Source: a virus
Taxonomy: Duplodnaviria > Caudoviricetes
Virus record (IMG/VR): IMGVR_UViG_2835547190_000003
Span: 768-64,767 of that record
Reading direction: 5' to 3' (one strand)
DNA: 64,000 bases
How positions within the stretch are numbered: position 1 is the stretch's first letter; the number at the start of each line of letters is the position of its first letter. The position numbers were made by a program, and so were the translations under genes. The notes under the pieces were generated by a model. It was not told the origin of the DNA and made no database searches. It saw nothing but the letters and a program-made list of their open reading frames with translations. Shown one piece after another: positions 8,433 through 16,448 of the stretch.

Positions 8433-9675
8433 GCCGCCTCCTCTGCGTTTCGTTATCATTCGTGGCCATAGGCCCATCATCAATCATCGCCACCCGCACC
8501 CGAGAAATCTCGCCGTAGCGCGCATGGTATGTGATCGTCTGCAAGGACCGCCCGGACAGGAAGCCCGCGCCGTAATGCCACGCGTCTTGCGGAATCGGTG
8601 CTTGGTGCGATTCGCAGATTACGCCGCCGCCTTCCGTCGCGAACTTCGACTGGTGATGGATATGAAAGCCATGGCAATAGCGGAACTTCGTCGCGCCCCA
8701 CATCTCGGCCCGCCGGTGCGCCATAATTTGTGGCATGTTCTGAAGTTTGACGGTGTGTCCGTGCGTGGCTGCTAGCATCACATCGCCGTGCTGATGATAG
8801 AAGAACAGCGACGGATCGACGTCAACTGTGACGCGCGACTCATTGCGATACCAGGCAAGCAGGAAATAAGCCACGGCAACGGCGGTGTGCTCGTCATGAT
8901 TGCCCGGCAGAACGCGCACAATCACATGCTGGTTGCGCCGTAGCGCCGCGTCGATGGTGCGGACTTTCAGGCGGCATGCAACCTCGATGCCTTTTGGGTA
9001 GCGCCCATCGACGTCCAGCACATTGCCCGACCGTGCCGTGCGGTTCTCGCTGTTGTCGGAATGAGTCAAGTCACCGCCACCAAGTACAATAGCGACGCCC
9101 GCCGAAGGGCTGCGCGCTATAGCGTCATCAATGCCTCTCCCGATAACCCGCTCTGCGGTTTCTAGATCCCAATTCGTGCCAGTCTCACGCCCCCACGTCA
9201 GCAAATTGATGTGCCAATCATTGCAGGGTATCAACGTCAGAAGGTCCATATCGGAAACGGCTGGCGCAGGCTGCAGCACGGCGAAGGGTTCATAATCGGC
9301 AAAGGCGGCCTTTAGTGTTTCTGCAATGTCGGCGGCAGTAGGCTCAACAGCCGTCTTCTGCCATTGCTGGATGACCCGACCTTCCGCGTCAATCAGCGCC
9401 GACACACCGCGCACGGCGTGGCCTTCCGGCACCTGCCACTTGTCGCCAGCCTCTTTCGTCTGCCGCACATACGTGCCGTTCGGCGTTTCGGTCAGGCTTT
9501 TGATAGAGTATCCGGGCAGGGTCTTTGACGGACCCAACAGCCCAATTTCTGCCGCGCGCTTTACGCTTTCGCCCATGGCGGACTTGCCGATACCAAGCGC
9601 AGCGGCAGCCTTAACCAGCGTACCGTGCTCGCGATAAGCCTCGGCGCGGCGCATGAGTTCTTCGTGTGGAAGCAT
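8404..9675 (-). CDS. Calcineurin-like metallophosphoesterase with N-terminal HTH
   Basis: DWH, GGD, PGNHD, HGH, FHIHH motifs. Confidence 0.85.
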   Translation of the reverse strand: MLPHEELMRRAEAYREHGTLVKAAAALGIGKSAMGESVKRAAEIGLLGPSKTLPGYSIKSLTETPNGTYVRQTKEAGDKWQVPEGHAVRGVSALIDAEGRVIQQWQKTAVEPTAADIAETLKAAFADYEPFAVLQPAPAVSDMDLLTLIPCNDWHINLLTWGRETGTNWDLETAERVIGRGIDDAIARSPSAGVAIVLGGGDLTHSDNSENRTARSGNVLDVDGRYPKGIEVACRLKVRTIDAALRRNQHVIVRVLPGNHDEHTAVAVAYFLLAWYRNESRVTVDVDPSLFFYHQHGDVMLAATHGHTVKLQNMPQIMAHRRAEMWGATKFRYCHGFHIHHQSKFATEGGGVICESHQAPIPQDAWHYGAGFLSGRSLQTITYHARYGEISRVRVAMIDDGPMATNDNETQRRRREENQRLRG

Positions 9676-9882
9676 TTAGTGTCCTCTTGCCGCAAGCATG
9701 GCGTCGGCGAGTGCGTAGCATTTACTGGCTAGATCGGGGCCATGGTCCGTAACCGGCCAACCGGCCAGCGCCTGCCCTGCGAAATAGTCGCGGAGGGACA
9801 TGCCGTGAACAGGCGCGCTCGGTTGCGCGCAGTCATGAATGTGATTAACGTCTGGGAACATGACGGCGTTGCGCGTGCTCAT
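9676..9882 (-). CDS. Hypothetical phage protein
   Basis: GMSLRDYFAGQAL..YALADAMLAAR family motif. Confidence 0.8.
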   Translation of the reverse strand: MSTRNAVMFPDVNHIHDCAQPSAPVHGMSLRDYFAGQALAGWPVTDHGPDLASKCYALADAMLAARGH

Positions 9883-10193
9883 GCCTCACCCCGCGCTTTT
9901 GCTAGGGCTTTATCAGCCATGCTCAGCCAGCAATCGAAACCTGCTTGCTCTTCGAGTCCGGCAAGGCGGCAATCAACTGATAGGCGATACAACGCCTCAT
10001 ACAGATCAGGCGCGGCAGCAAAAAGTTGAGCGTAGTCGGGCCGGCACCGGCACCACTCGCTCGTCCCCATAACTTCATTGCCCTTGCAGTCGGCAATCAC
10101 CGCAGCATCAACAGCGTCAACGCCAGCCTGCGTTACATGCCACGGTGTGTTCTGGAATGCAGGCGCACCCGCGCCCTGTCTGTCATTGGACAT
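9879..10193 (-). CDS. Hypothetical phage protein
   Basis: TPW..LFAAAPDLYEAL..ALAKARGE motif; CACGAGGAG leader. Confidence 0.8.
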   Translation of the reverse strand: MSNDRQGAGAPAFQNTPWHVTQAGVDAVDAAVIADCKGNEVMGTSEWCRCRPDYAQLFAAAPDLYEALYRLSVDCRLAGLEEQAGFDCWLSMADKALAKARGEA

Positions 10194-10364
10194 ACAGTCT
10201 CCTCGTGTTTGGTTGGTGGCCGACTCGCGGCGCGGATTGGTGGTCCGTACAAAGGATGGAAAGAGACTCAGAGCCGACTGTCAAGTGCTGGTTGTTAATC
10301 AACTGAAATTATCGATTGATTTAATCATGCCCTTTTATGATACTCGGCTATCAAATGGGCGGGC

Positions 10365-10718
10365 ATGCTTATGTTTCATGGAATGAACCAAATTGGCAAA
10401 GTAAAAACGTCGCAAAGTGTACTCACGCCGTTCTTTTGGATTTTTAGTGCGTCTCTCACTAGTGCATGCTTTTTATTTTGGTCGGGCAATCAACTGCCTG
10501 CATATATTTTGCTCGGTATTGGTGCCCTTATTATCCTGATGTTCGGCTACGTTTATCTGCATTTTATGAAGAGAGACCCGTCCCGATTGCACTCTGAAAC
10601 TCATATACAGCAAATGTATATGATAGGCACGATTGGAGATCCATTAAGCCAGTCCATGTCAGTTATTAATACTGATGTGAGTTCTAACCCGCAGTTGGAG
10701 AATCAGCATGACACTTGA
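10365..10718 (+). CDS. Two-TM membrane protein (AT-rich moron)
   Basis: Two hydrophobic helices then DPSRLHSE; low GC; opposite strand to neighbours. Confidence 0.75.
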   Translation: MLMFHGMNQIGKVKTSQSVLTPFFWIFSASLTSACFLFWSGNQLPAYILLGIGALIILMFGYVYLHFMKRDPSRLHSETHIQQMYMIGTIGDPLSQSMSVINTDVSSNPQLENQHDT

Positions 10719-11070
10719 TTTGAAAAACGGGGTGAAAACATATTCTATTTACGGGGATTATTCCCATGTCAATATAGCTGCCTTCAGCCAGTATATTATG
10801 GATAGTGTTGATTTCCTCACATACTGGAACAACCTTCCATTGCTCTTTATTGTGAAAACAAAACTTTCAGTTAGCGAGGTTGCAATCAAATGCGCTCCGT
10901 TTTTTTCGAATGCACATTATCTGGTGGCTGAAATTAACCCATTAGGTGTGAACGGCAGATTGCCGACACATGCTTGGAACTGGTTTGCATCGCCAGCGCC
11001 GGCGCAAAAAACTCCCGCGCCCGCGTATGATCTTGCCGCATTATTATCTATCGACCCACCAAAAAAGTAG
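10708..11070 (+). CDS. Small ferredoxin-fold-like protein (AT-rich moron)
   Basis: YxIxxD..YW..FIVKT..LVAEI..GRLP..W pattern; GGAG RBS; overlaps the previous gene. Confidence 0.65.
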   Translation: MTLDLKNGVKTYSIYGDYSHVNIAAFSQYIMDSVDFLTYWNNLPLLFIVKTKLSVSEVAIKCAPFFSNAHYLVAEINPLGVNGRLPTHAWNWFASPAPAQKTPAPAYDLAALLSIDPPKK

Positions 11071-11077
11071 CTGACGC

Positions 11078-11365
11078 CTAACTCCTCAATCGACCCGTCT
11101 TTTGCTCAAACGCCCGATCCAAGCGCTCGTGCAGGCCATCAATGCGGCTCCCTACGCCTTCAATCGCCCGCAGCAACTGGGCCGTCTGCTCCTGCATACC
11201 TTGCTTTGTGGCAAAGGTTTCAGCCGCATGAACCTTGTGCGCAGCCAAGTCGTGCTGCGCTTTCTCGCCCTTCTTGCCAGCGGCGTCGATCAGGCCCCAC
11301 ATGCGCCAGAACGCGGTTGCGATAGCACCGAAGATCGCCAGCGCGATTCCTACTTCAATTGTCAT
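11078..11365 (-). CDS. Single-TM coiled-coil protein (holin/antiholin candidate)
   Basis: N-terminal TM helix; located at the end of the lysis cassette. Confidence 0.55.
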   Translation of the reverse strand: MTIEVGIALAIFGAIATAFWRMWGLIDAAGKKGEKAQHDLAAHKVHAAETFATKQGMQEQTAQLLRAIEGVGSRIDGLHERLDRAFEQKTGRLRS

Positions 11366-11409
11366 ACTTTATCCTAACGCGCCGCCCTTCGCGGTCGCTT
11401 CGCGCTGCG

Positions 11410-12027
11410 CTAACGTGCCAATAAGTCGCAAACAGCCCGCCCCGGTACGACGTAGCCTATCCCGACGATCGAGCGCCCCATGCCTGCTGGCGCAAGCATC
11501 ACGCCGACTGTTATGCCGACAACTTCGCCTTGATCATTAAATACAGGCCCGCCCGATTGCCCCGGCACGGTGGCAATGTCGGTGACAATCACGCTATGCC
11601 ATGGGCCTGCCGTGCGCTCTGCACCGGCCACCCTGCCCCAGACCGTTATGAAATCCATATTGGAAGGATTGCCCTTGGCGTGAATGTGCGTACCTACATC
11701 GGGCACGACGCAAGCCAGTTTCGCGGCAGCTATACCGCTGGCGCTAGCCTTGACCAAAGCAATATCATAGGCGCGGTTCGTCCAAAGCACGTCGCCTAGC
11801 ACCTCACGCCCATCCGTGAAGACTAATGGCGCGGTTTCGTTTTTATCGACCACATGGGCCGCCGTGAGGAAATAGCCATCGCCGATATGCACCGCCGAAC
11901 CGTGGCTGTTGTCATAAACAATCTTTGCAACGGATTCGGCTCGCGACGCTGTCGTGGCGGGCGACAAGACAGTAAACGCAGCCAGCATAGCGACAGCGAA
12001 TGCCGCGGCAATCCAGAAAGCACGCAT
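11410..12027 (-). CDS. Secreted trypsin-like serine protease
   Basis: Signal peptide; LTAAHVV, YDIAL, PGQSGGP catalytic triad motifs. Confidence 0.9.
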   Translation of the reverse strand: MRAFWIAAAFAVAMLAAFTVLSPATTASRAESVAKIVYDNSHGSAVHIGDGYFLTAAHVVDKNETAPLVFTDGREVLGDVLWTNRAYDIALVKASASGIAAAKLACVVPDVGTHIHAKGNPSNMDFITVWGRVAGAERTAGPWHSVIVTDIATVPGQSGGPVFNDQGEVVGITVGVMLAPAGMGRSIVGIGYVVPGRAVCDLLAR

Positions 12028-12036
12028 GACGCCCTC

Positions 12037-12120
12037 CTACCCTATGATGTTATTCGCAAGCACGCCTGCCCACAGGCAGGCTAACCACAGGCAGGTCAGC
12101 CACAGCTTGGCGGCAATCAT
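12037..12120 (-). CDS. 27-aa hydrophobic peptide
   Basis: MIAAKLWLTCLWLACLWAGVLANNIIG; ATGA coupling to o-spanin; explains the CCACAGGCAGG direct repeats. Confidence 0.5.
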   Translation of the reverse strand: MIAAKLWLTCLWLACLWAGVLANNIIG

Positions 12121-12308
12121 GGCCGCACCCCGCACAGCTTTTCCAGTTTCGTGTTCTCTGCCAGGATCTGGCGCTTGGTGCCGTCTGTCAGGCTGTCCTC
12201 GACACTTGGACGGACGGGCCGCGCTACGTCGCAGTAGTTACCGGCTGTCACGCATCCACCGAGACAGAGCAGCGTCAACATCAGCGCCGCCAAGCTTGCT
12301 GGTTTCAT
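12117..12308 (-). CDS. Outer-membrane spanin (Rz1-like lipoprotein)
   Basis: Lipobox LGGC; overlaps i-spanin. Confidence 0.75.
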   Translation of the reverse strand: MKPASLAALMLTLLCLGGCVTAGNYCDVARPVRPSVEDSLTDGTKRQILAENTKLEKLCGVRP

Positions 12309-12474
12309 CTTCGATCTTCCTTGCTTTGTTGGCAGCCTTCAGCCGGTCGGCGGTGGCGCTTGCGGCGTTGTCCGCCCTGCCTTTGAGGTAGGCGCCGAAG
12401 AGGATGGCCAATGCCGCAGCGATAGCCACGGCCCAGCCTGTGATCTTGGAGCGGAGGGTTAAGAGCCAGGTCAT
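12238..12474 (-). CDS. Inner-membrane spanin (Rz-like)
   Basis: N-terminal TM plus helical periplasmic domain. Confidence 0.7.
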   Translation of the reverse strand: MTWLLTLRSKITGWAVAIAAALAILFGAYLKGRADNAASATADRLKAANKARKIEDETSKLGGADVDAALSRWMRDSR

Positions 12475-12638
12475 CGGACCATCTCCGTGAACCGTTTGGC
12501 TACGGCGTACGCCTCGCCGTACGTGTGCCAGAATGCACGCCCACCCTCGCCGACAGTTGCTCCGTCAACGGTCGGATAGTATGGCCCGTCGGGCGTTGTG
12601 TCGCCAAAGGGCAACTTTTTCACCTTTATGCGGTTCAT
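12471..12638 (-). CDS. Hypothetical protein
   Basis: MNRIKVKK start with AGGAG RBS and ATGA coupling. Confidence 0.55.
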   Translation of the reverse strand: MNRIKVKKLPFGDTTPDGPYYPTVDGATVGEGGRAFWHTYGEAYAVAKRFTEMVR

Positions 12639-12826
12639 GTCGGCACTCCTGTCAAAATCAGCATGCGCTGCTGCCCTGTGAGCGGCAGCAGGTAGCCGTC
12701 CCTTGTGGCGGTTGCGTCGCAGACTGTGAGTTTGGCATTGCCCCACTGCTGCGAGCCGTTATCGATCCGCACCGTGGCTGTTCCCGCGTCGCTGTCATAT
12801 TCAATGGCAATCCTTGTGAGGCTCAC
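12635..12826 (-). CDS. Hypothetical protein
   Basis: GTGA coupling to endolysin. Confidence 0.6.
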   Translation of the reverse strand: MSLTRIAIEYDSDAGTATVRIDNGSQQWGNAKLTVCDATATRDGYLLPLTGQQRMLILTGVPT

Positions 12827-13686
12827 GCCGCCACCCTCTTCAGTTCAAGCCTGCCGCTTTTCCAGAGCCAGAACCCTGCGCCTGCTGCGACTAGCAGGAG
12901 CGCGACCGTCGCAAACGCCCAAGGGTTGGAAACCGCACCGATAAGGCCCGTCACAAGCGTGCCGCCCGTGCCTGCGACGATGGTCTGCACCGTCTTGTCC
13001 TGCAACAGCGGCACATCGTCAGGTTTGGCATCCTCAGCGGCGGCAGGCTTCATTTCGCGAGCAGCCACAAGGCTGTCGAGGAAGTTGCGGTAGTAACCGG
13101 CGATGAGGCTGGCCTTGTCGCTGCCGTTGACGATAGCGCGGGCGCCCACTGGGTCAGAGTTACCGGCGCCGAAATAGTCAGCCAGCCGCTTGCCCGTGAA
13201 CTTGCCGTTGATCATCCCGTCAAACAGGATGCGCACTGCGGTGCTGTCCTCAAGCGCCTTTTCGGGCGCGTCGCCGAGACCGTATTTCTTGTAGTTGTCT
13301 CGCCCGGTGATCTGCACCAACCCGCGACCACGGAACCGCCAGCCATCATTGGCGCCGATGTTGCCCATCCTTCCGCCATACACCTTGTTCGCCAAGGCCT
13401 GCGGATTGCGAACGTAAGGCTGGGCGGCAGCAACGGTGCTAAACCGCGACGGCCACGTCTTTTTAATCTGCGCCGCCGTGGTGTAGTTCATGTTTTCACG
13501 CAGTGGCTGCATCTTGCCGCCAGTCTCATGAAATGCCGTGGCCAGCACGTAAGCAGTGTATTCGTCGGGCAGGCGTCGTTTGGCGGCTTCGGCCAGAATG
13601 GCCTCCGTGCCTTCGACCTGCGCTTGGCTTAAACGCCCACCAAAAGGCGCGCGCCTCGCATACGCGAAGAACGTTGTTTTGTTCAT
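12823..13686 (-). CDS. Endolysin, GH19 (chitinase-like) with C-terminal hydrophobic helices
   Basis: AYVLATAFHETG, FRGRGLVQITGRDNY, ARAIVNG. Confidence 0.9.
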   Translation of the reverse strand: MNKTTFFAYARRAPFGGRLSQAQVEGTEAILAEAAKRRLPDEYTAYVLATAFHETGGKMQPLRENMNYTTAAQIKKTWPSRFSTVAAAQPYVRNPQALANKVYGGRMGNIGANDGWRFRGRGLVQITGRDNYKKYGLGDAPEKALEDSTAVRILFDGMINGKFTGKRLADYFGAGNSDPVGARAIVNGSDKASLIAGYYRNFLDSLVAAREMKPAAAEDAKPDDVPLLQDKTVQTIVAGTGGTLVTGLIGAVSNPWAFATVALLLVAAGAGFWLWKSGRLELKRVAA

Positions 13687-13788
13687 TGGGATGTCCTGAA
13701 TTTTTAGGAAAGGCTATTGAAACCGCCGACGCGATCATTAAATTTAAGCCGTCATTCCAACTTTTCGTTCGATCAAATGGAGGTTTCG

Positions 13789-14091
13789 ATGAGCGACCGT
13801 TTGTTTGACAGTCCTGTTTTCGTTAAGGACGGCGAATTTCTGATCAGGGAAATTGCAGGCCCGATGGACGCAATTGATTTTCTTTATGAATGGCCAAAGG
13901 ATGATCGCGACATCATATATGAAGTGGCATGGAGCGCCTGTTGTGACGCTCACAGCGGGCAGAAACCGCTAATCGTGGCGCAAAAAGCCTTTGAAGGCTT
14001 CGCTCGCAAACGCAACATTCTCGAAAAACCCGAAGCCGCCATGCCGTGGATGACATCACTGGACAATGGCGGTGGCCGCATCCCGGTGTGA
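13789..14091 (+). CDS. DUF982 family protein (moron)
   Basis: FDSPVFV..DAIDFLxEWP..AxxACxDA..AFEGFA; GGAGG RBS. Confidence 0.8.
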   Translation: MSDRLFDSPVFVKDGEFLIREIAGPMDAIDFLYEWPKDDRDIIYEVAWSACCDAHSGQKPLIVAQKAFEGFARKRNILEKPEAAMPWMTSLDNGGGRIPV

Positions 14092-14492
14092 CGGAATGCC
14101 AATGAATTGGTATACTCTGATTTAATCCCCCAACCCTCGTCGCATTGGCCTGTGTCATACCTGTGGTTTTCTGTGGCGCCAGACTGCGGCAATAGCTTTT
14201 TAACCCCGGCCCGTCCGGGGTTTTCTATGACCAAACCACCCCATCCAGCGTGACGGATAAACCGCTCCTGCTGGCACGGTTTTACCCATGGTTTGTATCC
14301 TCGTTTAATATATCGTTATGGGCGGCAGGGTTCTTATAGCCAGACAACCAGCCTATGGTCATGATGCGCACCGGCCCCCAAGCCCCCCCGCTTATCGGTG
14401 CGCAACCCCGGCGGGACCTCCCAGCCGGGGTTATTTTTTGATAAGAAAAACCGCCTCAAAGGGCGGTGCGATCAGTCAGATTGTGGCAAGGA

Positions 14493-14825
14493 TTATTCTA
14501 CCGGCCATTCAAATTCCGGCAATTCCGCCAGAAACGCTTCCACGCTCGGCTGCTCGCGCTCGCCGCTCTGCACCTTATCCAGTTCGGCCAGCGCATAGGC
14601 CCAAACGGCATCACGCCATGCGACGAAGGCCACTGCCTCTGCCGCCCATTGCGGAATCGTTGAATTGATATAACTGGCAAGCGTTGCGCCGCTGTCGTAT
14701 TGCTTTTCCTGTGCCTTGGCGTCGATTAGAGACTGGATGGCAGCACGGTATGAGTTGACTGCAACAGCAATTGCATCCGCATGCTTTGCCTCCGGTGTGA
14801 TCATAAGCGATTTATTGAGCGGCAT
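14493..14825 (-). CDS. Tail-fibre-associated protein
   Basis: A+++YDS..SY..S..WAAEA.AFVAWRDAVW motif; downstream of the tail fibre. Confidence 0.75.
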   Translation of the reverse strand: MPLNKSLMITPEAKHADAIAVAVNSYRAAIQSLIDAKAQEKQYDSGATLASYINSTIPQWAAEAVAFVAWRDAVWAYALAELDKVQSGEREQPSVEAFLAELPEFEWPVE

Positions 14826-15138
14826 CGTCAATCTCCACTGTGCGACCTTCTGGCAAGGCGATAACACCGTCACCTGTGACTGTGATCGGATCGGGAAACG
14901 TGACCGCTGTTGGCGCATCTGGATTGCTGTAAGGCAACATAACAGTGATGTGGATCACGCCATCAAGACGCTTTATGCCACCGACTACAAATTCATTGTC
15001 GATTGCTTCGCGTGGGTATTCCCCACCTTCTGGAAGATCAGAGAAATCAAGCGGATCTCCATTGATCGTGAGAGTGTCTCCGCTTTTTGAGATGACCAAG
15101 TCGGCGTCACATCTGATTGGTGAAAAAGAGATAATCAT
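14812..15138 (-). CDS. Tail-fibre-associated protein
   Basis: SPIRCD..GDTLTINGxxxDFSxLPEG motif. Confidence 0.75.
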   Translation of the reverse strand: MIISFSPIRCDADLVISKSGDTLTINGDPLDFSDLPEGGEYPREAIDNEFVVGGIKRLDGVIHITVMLPYSNPDAPTAVTFPDPITVTGDGVIALPEGRTVEIDDAAQ

Positions 15139-16178
15139 TAGAACCACCTTCCAATTGCAGTCATAGAAAATGCAGCGGACGTTCCGGTGTCGGTTATTGC
15201 TGGAGCAACCAAGGCAAATCCATTGTTACCTGGGTAACGTGCCTCCGCTATCCCCGCATAGCCGGGGTCTGGAGGGTTGGATGTTAGCTGTATCGAAGGT
15301 GGCGCAGAAAATGCATGCGCGAATAAAAATGGCGGCCCAGATGTTTTCCATCCGCTACCAGCGTAACTGACCATTCTGGTACATATCAACGTTCCATTAG
15401 TCCATTTTACATACTGACCGTTAGCGTTAGACCCACTCTCAACAATCGCGCCGGTCGGTATGCCGCCAGATTGCGACACTGTACCAACAATAGGGCGGCT
15501 CGCAACCGCACCAGTTCCAGTCATCACGGGGATATTGCCGTTTGTTCCAGTCAATCCTAATAGGGCCGCGCCAAGAGCCGTAATATCCCCCTGAGACACA
15601 TCGCCATTTGCGTCCGTGCGTAAGAATTTATTGACAGCCAGCGCGATTGTCTTCAACGCACCGTTGGCATCAGTCTGCAATATCTGCCTTGCAGCCAGTG
15701 CCAGCCCCGCCAGATCGGTCAGATTGTCAACATCTGTCAGCCCCGCCAACTCGCCAAGATTGCCATTCGGGTCTTGGATGCCGAGGTCACCCTCGTCAAT
15801 CAAGTCCATGGTTCCGGGACCTGTAAAGATAGGCAGCTTGCCATTCTCCCCCACAAGACCAGCCAAAGCATCAACATTGCCTCCCGACAATAGGTACGCA
15901 GCAGCTTTATAAGCGGCTTGAAACCTGCTGCCGTCTGGCTGGAAGCGAATACGTAGGGGCATATTGGTGCCAGCAGCCCCGGCAGGACATGGCAGCATCA
16001 ATGTGCCGCTGTCTTGGCCGGTTATACTGGAAATGACCAACACCGCCCCGGAAGGCGTAATTATGGCATCGCCGGGTTCTATTGCTGCGGTTTCCAGCAA
16101 CGCCCCGGTTGTCGTAAAGTTGGCACTGCTCGCGGTCAGCGTAATAGTGCCAATGTTCCAATCAGGTCTGATCGCCAT
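15138..16178 (-). CDS. Tail fibre / receptor-binding protein
   Basis: C-terminal GAIVESGSNANGQYVKWxNGTLIC..AIGRW typical of fibre tips. Confidence 0.85.
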   Translation of the reverse strand: MAIRPDWNIGTITLTASSANFTTTGALLETAAIEPGDAIITPSGAVLVISSITGQDSGTLMLPCPAGAAGTNMPLRIRFQPDGSRFQAAYKAAAYLLSGGNVDALAGLVGENGKLPIFTGPGTMDLIDEGDLGIQDPNGNLGELAGLTDVDNLTDLAGLALAARQILQTDANGALKTIALAVNKFLRTDANGDVSQGDITALGAALLGLTGTNGNIPVMTGTGAVASRPIVGTVSQSGGIPTGAIVESGSNANGQYVKWTNGTLICTRMVSYAGSGWKTSGPPFLFAHAFSAPPSIQLTSNPPDPGYAGIAEARYPGNNGFALVAPAITDTGTSAAFSMTAIGRWF

Positions 16179-16390
16179 TATTTGCGCCCCTGTTTGCTTG
16201 TGGGTAGTTGATCGCCCAAAGGCTTGCCCTCCAACGCAGCAGCTTGCATGGCTTCTATTTGCTTCCGCAAAGCCATGTTTTCGTTGGCTAGGATAAGATT
16301 TCGGTTTTTGTAAAACTCCGCCAAAATATACGTCTCATTCAGAGCCGCCAGCGGTTCTACCTGCACCTGATGCTTAGTATCTTCAGCCAT
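16178..16390 (-). CDS. Hypothetical tail-region protein
   Basis: GGAGG RBS; coiled coil. Confidence 0.7.
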   Translation of the reverse strand: MAEDTKHQVQVEPLAALNETYILAEFYKNRNLILANENMALRKQIEAMQAAALEGKPLGDQLPTSKQGRK

Positions 16391-16448
16391 AGATTTACCT
16401 CCCCGCGCTCTTCACGCGGATTGCATTGGATTGAGATTGTAAGAGCAA

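Noticed and set aside
12071-12106. CCACAGGCAGG direct repeats as operators
   Set aside because: Explained by repeated C-L-W codons of a small minus-strand peptide.
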